64,000 bases of DNA, taken from NCBI RefSeq assembly GCF_009914755.1, contig NC_060930.1; one strand, given 5' to 3'. Positions within the stretch are counted from its first letter, which is position 1. Each line of letters opens with the position of its first letter. The notes under the pieces are model-generated. The model was not told the origin of the DNA. It searched no databases and saw only the letters and a program-made list of their open reading frames with translations. The DNA is from the human T2T-CHM13v2.0 reference genome, Homo sapiens. Shown here piece by piece: positions 41,721-57,759 of this stretch. Made by a program: the position numbers and the translations under genes.

Positions 41721-43154
41721 TGGAGGGACTTTATAATTCTTTATTATATTTCCTTATTCATTTATGAGCCCAACTGGACTGTAAAGTCTTTAAAAGCAGG
41801 AACCTCACCTCTCATTTCTACAGTGCCTGGGACAGCAGCAAAAATTGTTGCTGTAATGATAAAGATTGTTATAGCAAACCACTCAAATACTTACAATAAG
41901 AGGAGCTATTTAGAGAATTTTGAGTTGAAGTGAACCAGAAATGAAATGCAATATAGCCACTGATTCCTTTACAAGAAAAAGCAGTATTTGAGATGATATG
42001 GACTTGAAATCTTATACAGGACAACTATTAAAAATTACTGTATATATTGCTTTTCTCAGAAAACTCTTCTATCTCTTCCATTGTGGCCCACTCTTCTCTA
42101 CCCACTGGTTCCTCAACTTCCAGTTTTACTTTCATCATGGCTAGAAAGTAGCTGAGTTATAAATAGCTGGCATTGCCTGGCAGTCTCCAATACTGGGATA
42201 CCTCAAAGAGTTGTGATCTGGGAGAACATTTAGATTTTCTTACTTCCTTTACTTTCTGACTTCCAAATTGAAACTTGGCACAGACAGAGATAACTATAAT
42301 AAAAGGAGGAACGAGGACAGTGTGGATGTTGTGGATGATAGAGATGTGTACATGTGAGTGTCTGCATATGAAATATGATCAAGCAGGTGGTGAGATCAAA
42401 GAGTAAGTGCTGAGACAACTCTCTGCATATCCTAACATATTTCCAAGTATGGCATAAGCAAACAAGGTTTGGAAAAAAATTATCTATGCAGGTGGAACTC
42501 TAGAAAAAGATCTCTGCCCTAAAAATGTTTCTTTAAAGTTACTTTTAAAATGTTAATTCAATAGTTAATAAATAAACTAATAATTACAGGACACAGATTT
42601 ATCTGACTATAGCATATTTTAGTAACTACTAGCAAAATTGTTACTAGTATTTTATACCATAACAACTTGGTACTTATGGTCTACCTGAAATTTATCCAGT
42701 TTGTGACAGCAATGAATTACTCAAAAGGGCAACCACAAAGTCTTTCTGCAGAATTCGGCTCTAGAAGAAAACCGAAAAGCCATTTACCTTATTAAATAAA
42801 CTAGTAATCACAGGGACATATTTATATTCCCTATAACCCATTCTACAAAGGAAACATAGTATAGATATTATTTAAATACAGAAGGAATTAACAAAGGCAA
42901 TTGCAAAGTATAGGCTTCTCTGGTGATGAGCAGTTTTGAGTCACATACCAACTACCAATTCCCTGAAGAAGAAAAATATTAAATGAAATTTTTTTTGTTT
43001 CACTTATAACAAGAATTAATATAATGTCTCTTTTTCTTTAATTTTTTTTCACAAAAAACTGTCACCTTATTCTCTATCTTCAAACATATCTGAATACCGT
43101 ACTTTCAAAATAGCACCAGTATTTCCCAAAGCCTTCGTGCTACAGAGTGTATTC

Positions 43155-43172
43155 TACTGCCCTCTGCTGGAA
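43155..43172 (-). promoter_or_regulatory. Candidate CTCF binding site
   Basis: Minus strand TTCCAGCAGAGGGCAGTA fits CCASYAGRKGGCRS, in non-repeat sequence. Confidence 0.6.
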
Positions 43173-45458
43173 GAGGAAGTGAGTTATCATTCATCAACGG
43201 GATTGCTGGAGCAAGTGAAGGAAAAAGTTGCTCCCATATCCATTCAACAACTAGTTATTTATCACCTACCAGCCAATGTACCAGATAAGTGATAGATCAA
43301 TAGATAGACTGATCTATCAATCTACAGATTCAGAATATTATTCAGAGACAAGATTGGTTCTCTGTGCTCTACAACTATGTTAGATCTATTTATAGAACAA
43401 AGTTGAACTTCCTCAAACCTGCAAAGTAAAAATAGGACAATACTTTTAAAATAACAAGTGACAAGCATGTAATGAGTGGGGAATATGGAAGGATTAATCC
43501 TAACTAATGTGCAGATAATTAATAAAATGAAGCTTCTTAGTAAAGGGAAGGATCTAGGTTAGAAAACAGGAGAATTGGTGTCAGATAAATAAAGAAGGAA
43601 TAAATGGATAGGTAACTGAAGACCTTATCATAACATTATAATTCTTTATTACATTTGTGTCCATTTATGAGCCCTTCTGGACTATAAAGTCTATGAGAGC
43701 ACTTAATGCAACGTTCAGTAAATGATTTCACTGCTCTGTGCTGTGGTTCTCTTATCTTTAAAGTAGAAATTTTTCCTCCAACCCTACAAGCATATTGAGG
43801 GTGACAAATAAACAGTGTGTGTTATTTTGTACGTGTGTGTGTATGTGAATTTTCTTACAGTATGGATGTTATGTTTAATCTCATAACTTTATTTGAATCA
43901 TGGATTTAATTCAAAGTTTCCAGAAGGTTTATGTGAAATATAATGGCTTAAAATCTTAATTGGTCCCAGTTTGGGAACATGTTGTATCCTTCCTTGCCAG
44001 TTACTTTTGACATTCATTTTTGAGTCTAAATGATGCATCTTGACTCACTGAATCTTTATTTGGACTCAAACACACTGGCTCAGCAATGTGGTTTCAATCA
44101 CTGGGCTAAGAACTAGCATGGGTTTCATATTCAAACAGACTTGGATTCAAATCTCAGCTCTAACAAAATATTTAATAACTGTCAGAGCAAACACTTGCAT
44201 AACGTGTACCATATATAGCAACCCCATGAGGGAAAAACTGTTATAATTCTCATTTTACAAATGAGAAAACTAAGCCATGGAGATTGTTCAATAACTTTTA
44301 CATACTTAGTCATATAGTTATTGAGTGGTGGAGTCAGGATTCAGGCCCAGGTCTAAAGGCTCTAGAACTCTTGTTCTTAAACCTTACATTGCGCTGCCTA
44401 TCTTCCCCGAATCATATTTTCCTAATACATAAAATGATAGCAGAGAAACCAAACTGAATTCAGGGAAGGATTGGGGCAAATGCATATGAAGCATAAAGCA
44501 GAGATCCTGGTACACAGAAGGTGCTGAATAAAATTGTTGCTAGTATTTTAAGGCTTAACAACTTGATACTCAAAGACTACCTGACCTTCATCCAATTTCT
44601 GACAGCAATGAATTACTCAAAAAGGCAACCACAAAGTCTTTCTGGAGAATTCAGCTCTAGAAGTGAACCAAAAGGCCATCTTTCCCACACTCTTCATTTT
44701 AGAGGTAAGAATCATGATGCCCAAAGAACTTCAGAGGTTTACCCAAAGAAGCACCAAAACCGGATCCCGGAGTCCCTCATGGTCAAATGGGTTTGCCATT
44801 TCCATCATGCTGTGTTTTCTTCTGATATAGCTTGCCATCTGCTTAGCCTCACTTCTGGAAAGTTTTGTGAGAAATTCTAGACTGCCTTTTATGTGAATTC
44901 AGATGATGGTACACCTCATCAAATCACATACATCGCTTGAAAAAGCACAACAGAAAAATAACTATGGTACATCTTCCCTATTAGATTATTAGATATCATG
45001 GCAGCACACAGATACAAAATATTTTCAATTTCCTTCCATGACTCATACATGTTTTATTTTTCCTTTGTCCAAGTAATCAACCCTGGATTTCTAGCATGGC
45101 CACATTTATTCAAAAGGAAATTTTATACACACACACCACCCCCTACAAAGTTTCACAGGACCACTTGAATCTGAATTTTCTGAAGTCTTTAGTAAAATGA
45201 AAATCCCTAGACTCTACTCCTGATTTACAGAATAAACTGAATCAGTATTTCTGAAGGTGGAGACTTAGAAATTGTATTAAATTCATACCCCCCATTAAAG
45301 CATCCTAAAGCTTGAAAACTACCACCTTAGGGCAGAAAACTATGGTTGAGCACAGAGGAAAGCACATTACACATCTTAAGCCCACATTCCCAGGACCGAG
45401 TTTGATTTTTTGATTTTATTTTCTGCTCCCACTCCCTCCCCGATGCCCATCGTGTGTT

Positions 45459-45555
45459 TCTCTCTTCCTTTCTCTCTCTCTATCCCTCTCTCTCTCTCTC
45501 CATCCCTGCCTCTCTCTCTCTTTCTCTCTCTCTCTGTTTCTTTCTCTTTCTCTTT
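45459..45555. repeat. CT-rich polypyrimidine microsatellite
   Basis: Visible (CT)n tract. Confidence 0.9.
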
Positions 45556-46902
45556 TGCCTTTTGCCTTCTTGGTAAAAATGGGATCTGTATAGGCTAGAA
45601 GATGCTTATGAATTTCAGATCAGTATTTATGGTTATGTATACGTGTGTGCCAAGGACTGTTGGCTTTAATCACATTTCTTAATTTATTTATTGCAGCATA
45701 TTTAAATTCAATATCAAAATTTATTTCTGACACTGGCAAAAATCTCCATGGAAATAACTAGGCAGTTCACCCCTAAATAACAACTCATTTGGGGTGAGCT
45801 AATCACACAGAATAAGGTCGCTTCAGGACTTTGTGGGGCTAGTGGGTTTCAAGGACCTCTCTTTGGCCAGTCTGCTGAGAAAATGAATCAGGGGAGAGAA
45901 AGAGGCATGAAAAAGCACACCCACCTCCTTCAGGTAGCTCAAGCACTACCAGAGTCCAGGCTAACCGAAGGATGGAGGGGCAGGAGACCGGAAGGCTAAT
46001 TGATAGGAAGGTGGAGGCCCATAAAAATGTGACCAGCTGGGAGAAAATGGAGTCCCCATGGAGCTTTGGAAAGGAGAGAAAAATACCCTTTTCTTCACTG
46101 AATAACCTTTTCTTTCCCATGGCTTTCCCAGGCTTCTTTTCTCTCGCCTATCCACGGCCAGGTGGGTTTGATGGAGCCCTAAGTTGGCTTCCCCTTTCCC
46201 TACTGGACTGATATTGTGTGCACAACTAGAGTGGGTGTTAGGGTGAGATTTTTCTACCTCCCACTCTTACATCTTAAGTAATGGGGCAACCCCATTATCT
46301 ACATAATTCTGGGCCTAGAATCTACATGTACACAATGCACAGAATAGTTCAAAATGAATATATTCTCATGGATCATTATTTAGAAGCAATATCAGACCCA
46401 GAGACCACAGTGTATTACAGTTGTCATTCCTGACTTACAGAGTTTTCTTGGGCAATACAAGATGTCCTCCCTGAAGTTTCAATGGTATTAGGAATGAAGT
46501 CTTTTGTTTCCCTCTCCTCAACCCACAGAACGTCTTCAGCCCCTATTAGCCCCTTAACCATTCCATAATGTGACCTCCAGTACAGAATATTTACACCCTT
46601 GGTTGCCTCAAAAGCTTGATGTGGTTCCTCCAAAGGATCAAAATATTCTTCAGATCTTTCTTCACGTGTCTGCTGCTTCTACCTGTGTAAGTAAATAGCA
46701 AATGGGAAGGTGTCATTACTATACATTACTTATGAGCCACAAAATTCTATAGTTCATTCATAAACCATCTGGTAAAATAGGCTTGTACGACTTTAAGTTG
46801 GAACATTTGAGGGGAATTCCAGTTAGCTTCAAGTCAGTTTCCACAGCACTAATTGGTACATTCCAGCTGCATGTGATATCTTAAAAAAAAAAAAAAGCTC
46901 TA

Positions 46903-47242
<340 letters not shown>

Positions 47243-47695
47243 CTACCCCTGTTAATATTTCCATCTAGGAGTTCCACCATCTATCAATAACGATCAATTA
47301 TTAATGTACATACTGTTGTTAACTATAGTTTGCCATGGTACACTAGAACTTATTCCTTCTATCTAACTGTAAGACACTTTCTTGAAGATATGGGAAAATC
47401 AGCTTATATATCTATGGTCTTTTATAATAAAGGGCAAAATTTATTGTCTAGCCTCTAAAGCCCTCATTTAGTTATTTAATAAATATGTATTGAGGACCTA
47501 GTAGGTGCCATGCAGTCTTCTAGATACTGGGGATATATCAACAAAAACAACAACATCAGCAAACCTAGACTGTGACCTCACTGAGCTTACATTCTAACTT
47601 GTGTTGCTTAACAGGAAGAGAAATACCTGGGAAAAAAGAAGATTTTGGTTCTAATCTTTATCTTCTAACTTATTTCCTGTTACCCATTTTACTTA

Positions 47696-47998
<303 letters not shown>

Positions 47999-48049
47999 CA
48001 GGGCAGTCCAGGTTCAAAGTTAGGTTTAGCCCATGAGGGTTCTTGGTAG

Positions 48050-48363
48050 CGGGATGAGGGAGAGTGGGGATGAATGAGGATGGTTAATGGGTGCAAAAAT
48101 ATAGTTTGAATGAATAAGGTCTAGTATTTGATCATGCAAAGGGGTAACTAACTGTAGTCAACAATAATTTATTGCATATTTTAAAATAACTAAGGGAGTG
48201 AGATTGAAATGTTCCTCAAACAAAGAAATAAATGCTAGAGGTGACAGACACCCAATTACCCAATATCATTGAATGCCTATACCAAAAATCACATGTACCC
48301 CATACATACATATATACACCTAGTATGTGCCCATAATAATTAAAAACCTAAAATTAAAAAAAA
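48050..48363 (+). mobile_element. L1MA 3' end
   Basis: atggttaatgggtgcaaaaat...cacatgtaccccata. Confidence 0.75.
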
Positions 48364-51300
48364 TACCTTTTACTTGCCTCATTTAGGTGGATTGAAATTT
48401 GATAAAGCAGCATAGACACAGAACATCATATACACAAAAGCATGCAAGAGACATCCATGAGATATACTGAGGATGAGCCTCAAAGAAGTCTTAATCTTGC
48501 TCAAGGAGATGGCTGTGCTGTGAAACATACAGTGATGATTAATTACCAAGCTGTATGCTGTTGACTCCAGCTTGTAGTCAGAGAAATCAATGAGCACCTG
48601 AGTAATGAGAGGGTGATTTAAGAAAAACGTAAAACTTGAACTTATTCCCAAGTAATATTAAGGTTAGGCAGAGTAAGAAAAGTATAGCGATGGGAATTGA
48701 TACGTAACTGGTGTACAATGATGAGGACTGTTTAATAAGAAATGGAAGAAATAATGCACCAAGTAAAAGGCGTGAAAAAACATCTGGGTGGCTTTAAAGT
48801 CCTAAGAGAAGTTTTGATGTAACAGAGAGCCAGTGGAGGGCTCAAGCATGAAAGAGAGATGCTGACAGTCCTGTCTTTGGAGAGTGTATACTAGATGCTG
48901 ATTTTCTGCTATAAATTTCTCTTATGAATAAGCATGTCCTGACATGGTCAGCCTCCTCCAATGATAAGAAGCCTTCCCTTTATAGACCTAGCAAAATCCT
49001 AAAGTCTTGGAAGAAGGGGAGAAACGTATGTATGCTCTGAAGAAACCTGTCATCACCACACCACTGGATCCTCCATCTCTACCTATTTGGGAAGACCCTA
49101 AAGGTAAAGCAAAACTTTTGATTCAACTTTCCTCTTTCAGGCCAAAGAAGAATAGCTTGGTCTTCAATCATGGTCATTCCATAAAGCAGTCCAAACTCGG
49201 AAGACTGGGAAAATACAATTAATATACATTTGATACCTAAATGTAGTAGGTGGCTGGAGAAACTATCTTACTGTGTTAAGACTCTCAGAGTAATGTCGTC
49301 AATGAGTTAAGAATAGGTTTAACAGGAAATCCAAAATCAAAATGGCTTGCATGAGAAAAAGTTTATTTCTCTCTTATATAAAAGAAGTACAGAAGCAGGC
49401 AGTCCAGGGTTGGTGTAGTGACTTCACTCATCAGTAGTCCAGGCCTCTTTCTGTCCTTCAGCTCCACTATCTGAACACAAGCTTCCATCTTTAAGTTTCA
49501 ATACATGGCATCGTCATGCCTACACTGCAGACAAGAGGAATGAGAAAGAGACAAAGAACTAAATGTACCCGTCTCAGATGAGTTGCTCCCTTTGAACAGC
49601 CTTCCTAGAGCCTCACACCACATTGCACTTACAGTTCACTGGTTATGTGACCATATGACCATCAGAGGCTGGAAAAGACAATCTTTCAGCAAGTTTTATT
49701 CCTAGTAAAAATGAATTCACTAAGGCTATAAAGAAACTGAATTTCAAAGTCTGAATATAAATTCATTACAAATGGGAACAGAACAAAGTGAAAAATGGTG
49801 ATAGTGATAGTTAAAGAACAAAATCTAAGTATTTTTCCCAGGATTAGACAAGAAATCAAAACAAGAACCAGCTGTCACAACTGGGTCTTTTCTTTGGCCT
49901 TATAAATTGCTGAAGAGTGTGTTAACATACACTTCACTCAGATTCTCTAAATATTAACATTCTACCTAAATTGCTTTATATATCCATTTGAGAATAAATC
50001 ACAGACATAACACTTCTTTACCCCAAAATATTTCAGTGTGTGTTTCCTAAATTCAAATACATTTTTATATAGCCACACCCTAATTTTCAAAATCAGAAAC
50101 ATAGTATTAATAAAATATTACTTATAATTTACAAACTTGTTTAGATTTCTCCAAATATACCAATAATATATTTTACAGCAAAAGAAAATATCAGATTATA
50201 TCTTGCATTCAGTTGTCATCTTTTTAATCTCCTTCAATATAGAATAGTTTCTCAGTCCTCCTTTTATGATTATTAACAGGTATTTTGTAGTGTATCTCTG
50301 ATATTGTATTAGTTCTGTGCTTCCTCCCCACAGAGGAAAAAGAATGACTTTATAATGGAGATACCTAGCAGACACTATGTTAACGAAGCAATCAACATTA
50401 ATAGCACCAGCAATGGCACAGGTTTACATCATTTGCCTTTGATATGATGCAGTTGACAACACATAATTCCAAGCTATCCCTACCAAAAATGCATAACAGA
50501 ATCTAATTTCATGTTTATTTCTTGTAATATGCTAAAACTATTCAAGCAAAAACATTTTTTCCTTACACTATTATTGTAATTGAGTGATGAACCATGTGTG
50601 TTTCTATTTCAGGCACTAAATTAAACCATCTTATTTACTTCAAGATCTAGATTGTTTGCAAGAAAAAGGTGAGTCCTATTAAGAAAATGATGCCAGGTAT
50701 TTTTTTTCACTCATTATCATATCCGCATTTCTAGGCTTCCATAATTTCCTCCACTTTTTGTATCTAACCAGTTGTGTTCTCACTCTTTCTTTGTATATAA
50801 AAGCGTAAACCCAGAATCTGGTGAGCTAAAGGGGAAACTTAGTTCCCATCCAATGTTCTAGATTTTGAAAGAGAGAACATTGCTCATTATGTTATTTTTT
50901 TAACCACCTCCTAAAGTTGCTTTGTGTTTCTTCACTCTAATCAAAAGATAAAAAAAGATTTTAAAGTATTTGTTAAAATTAATCTTGTCTCTTTTCCCAT
51001 GAATGCCCAAAGTATAGTATTGCCATTATTTGCATAGAGAATGAAAGCTAAAATGTTCCCATGGTCTAATAGCAAACTATGCCAAAATTTAAATTTTCAG
51101 AGACATTCCCCATTCCTCATGAAACCCAAGCTACCTAAGTAATGAAAAGAATCATGTTTTATTTATCACCACTTATTGTTTATCTTCATTCACCATATTT
51201 CATTTATCTTGTTTCATTTTATAACAGAGGTTAATCTGGAATGTCTGATTTTAATTACAGATTAACTTTATACAGAACTTTTAAAGTATGATTTTTAATA

Positions 51301-51687
51301 TAATTTCTTACTGACCTCAAATCCCTTGGACAGGAAATGTCAAAAACTTCTAATAATGTTCTTTTAAAGATTACTTTAATAATGATCCAATGAATGGGGC
51401 AAGTGAGACCCACTAAAAAAAAAAAATCAAAGAGGTAAAAGCCAAGAGCCAGCATATATCAGTAAGTAAAAATAGAGTCAGGCTTTCTTTCAAAACAGCA
51501 TAATGTACAAATTATGCCTCTTATTCCGTGGACCCAAAATAGTCTCTTAACCATGCCATTCTTTCTGTTTTCTCTACAAAGCAACAATTACAAGCAAGCC
51601 TCTGCTGGATTTGTTCAACTAGATGTAGACCCTCTCCCCAAAACTGTTCTGATTGATCAGTAGAATATATAATATATTATATACATG

Positions 51688-52850
<1,163 letters not shown>

Positions 52851-52996
52851 TAAGTGGTAGAATAATTTTTAACATATCTGTAGTCAACCACATATGAAAT
52901 TTTTATATCTAGGCTTTAGGATTTTATTACAATTCCTCTAAAACATTATTTTAGAATAATAAACTGATATTAAAACAAAGGTGGTATTATTGCTGC

Positions 52997-53313
<317 letters not shown>

Positions 53314-55198
53314 TATTGCTGCTTTTTTATCACCTCACTCTATACATAATATTTGAGTGAGTTGCACCTCTGAACAAGAAATATTTGACTATATCAGTGA
53401 GTGAATTAATCTATCATCCTATACACCTTTCCAGTTACCCAGGAAAATAAATAGTGGTTTGTTGTTGTTGTTTTTATCTCCCACCAAATGAAATTGTTGG
53501 CTAGCTGAAGAGACAGACTACTACATGCCTTTTGGAAGTGTGAGCTAACTCCTTAGAAGCAGCCTGGAGGGAAAAATAACATTCATTTTCACACTCAGGA
53601 AGAACCCCGGATCCTCTGCTTGGATCCCCTCCCAGTTCTGGGAAGCTTCCCTTCTGGCTTGCAGATAAAGGCTTCAGGTATCATGTTAAGGTAGGTCAAG
53701 TTGAATTCAATTCACCTTGAGTCATTTAATTAGTTTTAGAACTTTGCCTTAGAATATAACTATGAAAAAATAGCAGTTAAACAAACACATATTACAATAT
53801 CATTAATATGGTTTCTCAGTTGCAGTTAGAAAAGGGTTCTTTATACTTTCACAATTCCTGACACCCAATCCTCCTGTGCCTCTCTGTTTTCCCTCTCTTC
53901 TGCTTCCTTTCAGTTTTAGTTGTACATCTACCTTCTCCCAGAAACCCTCTCTGATTAAAATCATGCTCTTACTAATAGTAGCTTTATCTCCTATTGGTTT
54001 TCCTTTTAGGCTTCATCAGACATTTCTATGTACAAGTAGGCATCAGCCTCACATGCATTGCTTCTCTAATTAAATACATATTCTCAAAAGATAGAGGATT
54101 TGGCCTTTAGTTTCTTGTCATCTCCAGATCCTACCATGGTTAGTACAGTACATGAGTTAATACACATAACACATACACTTACACCATTGCTTGGCACAGA
54201 GAATCACTTAAGTGTTAGCTGTCACTGCCACAATCTGAGGTGCTCAACACAAGCAGTTGGCATCTAATAAATATTTGTATATTAATGCATAGTTCATTCA
54301 TGTATCTGATTTTAATTTTTGTGCTTTATTTTCCCATGCTTAAGTTACACTGATGAGAAAGACATATTTGAAAACTGCATTAAATTAAGAGAAATGGTGA
54401 ATTCAAAGTGTTACTACTACTGTGAGTTACAAAGGCTTGGCAACTATCATCATGGCAAAATTATAGTCTGATTTAATCAAATGCAGTACTTTCTTATCAT
54501 TACCTTTCTTTCCCCAGAAGAAAGAGGGGATATTGTATTAACTATTACAAAACTTTGAAAGGAATCTGTAAGTTGTTATGTCTGAGTGTCAGGGTTTGTG
54601 CATGCGTCTTGTGTGCTTTTAACAAATAGACCTGATAAGTTAAAGAAAAAGATGCTTAAGTCATTTCTGATGGTTAGTGTTAGTAGTAAATTGCAGAACC
54701 AAGTTTGATAGAGGGAAAGAACTGAGAATTAGAAGGTTGAAGAACTGGGGTTTTGTCTCAACCCAGCCATCTATGGCCTTAGGCAAGTCACTTCATTTTT
54801 CTGAGCCCTGACTCCCTCCTTTGTAAAATGACAGGCCTGGTATAATGGTTCCTTATGGTCCTCTCTCTTCCAACACTGGGATTTTGAAGTCCTCACAGAG
54901 GAGAGTTAGAACTGATTATTCAACCCCATTCTGCTTCCTTAGAGTTCACTGACATTAAATTGCAATTTATATTGAGTAACATATTCAATTTGTATTAAAA
55001 ATATGAAGTGTGCCACTCTAAAACTACATTATAGAATTTTTTCTCAGATATTGCAGGGAAACAAAAGAATTTACCAGTACTAAGTCTTCTTTCATATTCT
55101 TTTATATCCTAGATGATGAAGATCTCATTTCTCTCTCCAAAATGTCCTTTTTTAATGATTGGTGTTTGCTAGGGGAGGTTGGACAAGCAAACCCTAGA

Positions 55199-55420
55199 CC
55201 AGAGTTTCTCAACCTCAGTACTATTGACATACTGATAATTCCTTTTTGTAGAAGCTATTCTATGCATTGCTTAATGTTTATCAGCATTGTTGGCCTCTGC
55301 CCACTAAATGCCAGAAGCAGCACCACCTTCCATGCCAACTGAGAATTTAAAAATGTCCCCAGACATTTCCAGATATGCTCAGGGGATCAAGATTACCCAC
55401 CTGCATGTTGAGTACCACTA
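55199..55420. mobile_element. MER20
   Basis: tttctcaacctcagtactattgacat...gttgagtaccact. Confidence 0.8.
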
Positions 55421-57080
55421 TTCAGAGAATCAGCAGCCTACTACATGCTGTGTCTGTTTTCTTCTCTTTCTTTAAAATTTTACACTTTCTCTATTCATCT
55501 TTCTTTCCTTTCCTCTATTTGATTTCTCTTTCCTCCTTCTTTTATTCTACTTTTTTCTTCTGTCTCTCTTATATGGGATCTGGTTTTGCCATCGTCCAAA
55601 CCACTGGCCTGTGGAAGTCAAAGTAAAGCTGACTCTGAGCCTTGAAAGTTTACACGGCTAAGGAGTCAGGTTTGCAGTCAAATTTAGGCTCAAATCCTAT
55701 TTCTGTCATTTAAAAGTTCTATAAAAATTGATGAAATTTACTTAATCCCTTTGGGCTTGGTTTCCTTATCTGAAAAACTCAAGTAAGAGTGCATTTTTCA
55801 TACACCCTGTGAAGATGAAATTAAGTGAGCAAAGTAAAGTACTGTGCTTCATTTAGGGCAGGAGACATGGTGAGGTCTCAATAGGTGGCAGCTATTAGTT
55901 AATACTGTTAGGCTACTAGACAGAAGGAAGCAATTTCGAGAGTAGAAAAGACCATAATAAAAAGTAAAGCAGTGTTGCTGTTGTCAAAACAGGTAGAATC
56001 CTAATCAGTGTACATAAAATAAATGTGGAGTAAAGGGCAGAGTTAATGATGGTGGTCCTTTGTGTCTTTCTGCCCAGTTAAATCCACAAATTACTAATTT
56101 AATTGAAGTGCCTATAATGTGACCATTTCACATAGGAGTAATTGCATTTATTCTCAAATATAAGTTGATGGTATAGGGTATATTAATATAATAATCACTC
56201 CAAAATAAATGGTGTTCTTCTTCCTTTGAAGAAAAAAATAAGTGTTGGTTGGAAATAATAGTTTAAGACACTAGATAATATTTGGATAAAAGGCTAGAGC
56301 TGGTATGCTGCTTCTTTTCAGATCTCATGTGACTTGGAGGGCCCTGGAACTCTGGTCTCTCTTTTTAGCCAAAGTCATTTTTTTTTTCTTTTGAGTTGCT
56401 TAGGTACAAGGTCACTTTGGAGCCACTGTCATCACATTCTCTAAAATTGTGTTAATCATTTTCTAGGACCGTCCCTCTAGTTAGAACTGAAATAAAAAGT
56501 ATTTGCAAAAACAATATCAAGGTCATTAATAAGAAAGACCCGTTGCCCCAAAACACCAGGTTAAGGAGAAACCATAGTCAGACTTCCATTATGGATTTGT
56601 GAAAACCAGAAAAGTTGCTTCCAAGTAAAGCTGTATATCCTAGATCATTTCTATCATCTCCAATTACTAGTTGTTGTCTGATCTGCTCTCTCCCTGAGCT
56701 GTATTTCCACAGAAGAAAGGCTTAGAAAAGCTGTCATTCAATATGCTTGAACAATCACTCACAACATCTAGCTTCTGGATTCTGAGGTAAAAGACCAGGC
56801 AAGTCTAGGTAGTGCGTGGAGTCGAGGCCAAGGCTAGCCTTCACATTGGTTCATAGACCAATGCTCTTTGCTTTCCTTGGACCAAGAGCCAAAACCTAAA
56901 AAGGTGGTAAAAGATGTGACCCTGGAGATAGGCTTCCATTGGCAAGTGTACAAATCAAGATTTAGAAATGCTCAGAGTGAAACTTCATGGGAGAAAGTCA
57001 CCACTAGCAGAATATGGAAGAGTTTCTCCTAAGAAATGCAGAATCTCAGAGCCTGAAATGAAGCAAATAGAAACCCCTAT

Positions 57081-57437
57081 TGATATGGTTTGGCTGTGTC
57101 CCCACCAAAATCTCATCTTGAATTGCAGCTCCCATAATTCCCACTTGTTGTGAGAGGGCCCAGGTGGGAGATAATTGAGTCATGAGGGTGGTTTCCCTTA
57201 TACTGTTCTCATGGTGGTGAATAAGTCTCGCAAGTTCTCATGGTTTTGTAAGGGGTTTCCCCTTCCACTTGGTTCTCTTTTCTCTCTTGTCTGCTGCCAT
57301 GTAAGATGTGCCTTTCACCTTCTGCCATGATTGGGAGGCCTCCCCAGACACGTGGAACTGTGAGTCCATTAAATTTCCTTTTCTTTATAAATTAGTCTCG
57401 GATATGTCTTCATCAGCAACATGAAAATGAACTAATC

Positions 57438-57439
<2 letters not shown>
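57081..57439 (+). mobile_element. THE1 solo LTR (THE1C-like), followed by (CA)n
   Basis: tgatatggtttggctgtgtccccacc start; ggaactgtgagtccattaaa. Confidence 0.9.
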
Positions 57440-57480
<41 letters not shown>

Positions 57481-57531
57481 GTATTTAATTTACCAATCAC
57501 TAATCACAATTTTTATTTTTAAAAAACTTTC

Positions 57532-57759
57532 TGGCCGGTCTCAGTGGCTCACGCCTGTAATCCCAACACTTTGGGAGGCCAAGGCGGGCGGATCACCTGA
57601 GGCCGGGAGTTTGAGACTAGCCTGACCAACATGGAGAAACCCCGCCTCTACTAAAAATACAAAATTAGCCAGGCATGGTGGCACATGCCTGTAATCCCAG
57701 CTACTCGGGAGGCTGAGGCAGGAGAATTGCTTGAATCCAGGAGGCAGAGGTTACAGTGC
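57532..57759 (+). mobile_element. AluSp-like, 3'-truncated
   Basis: ctgaccaacatggagaaaccc diagnostic; ends at gttacagtg with no tail. Confidence 0.85.

Noticed and set aside
44521-44880. 119-aa ORF overlapping duplicated block B
   Set aside because: GTG start, no recognisable domain, partly MIR-like sequence, and the paralogous copy has no listed ORF
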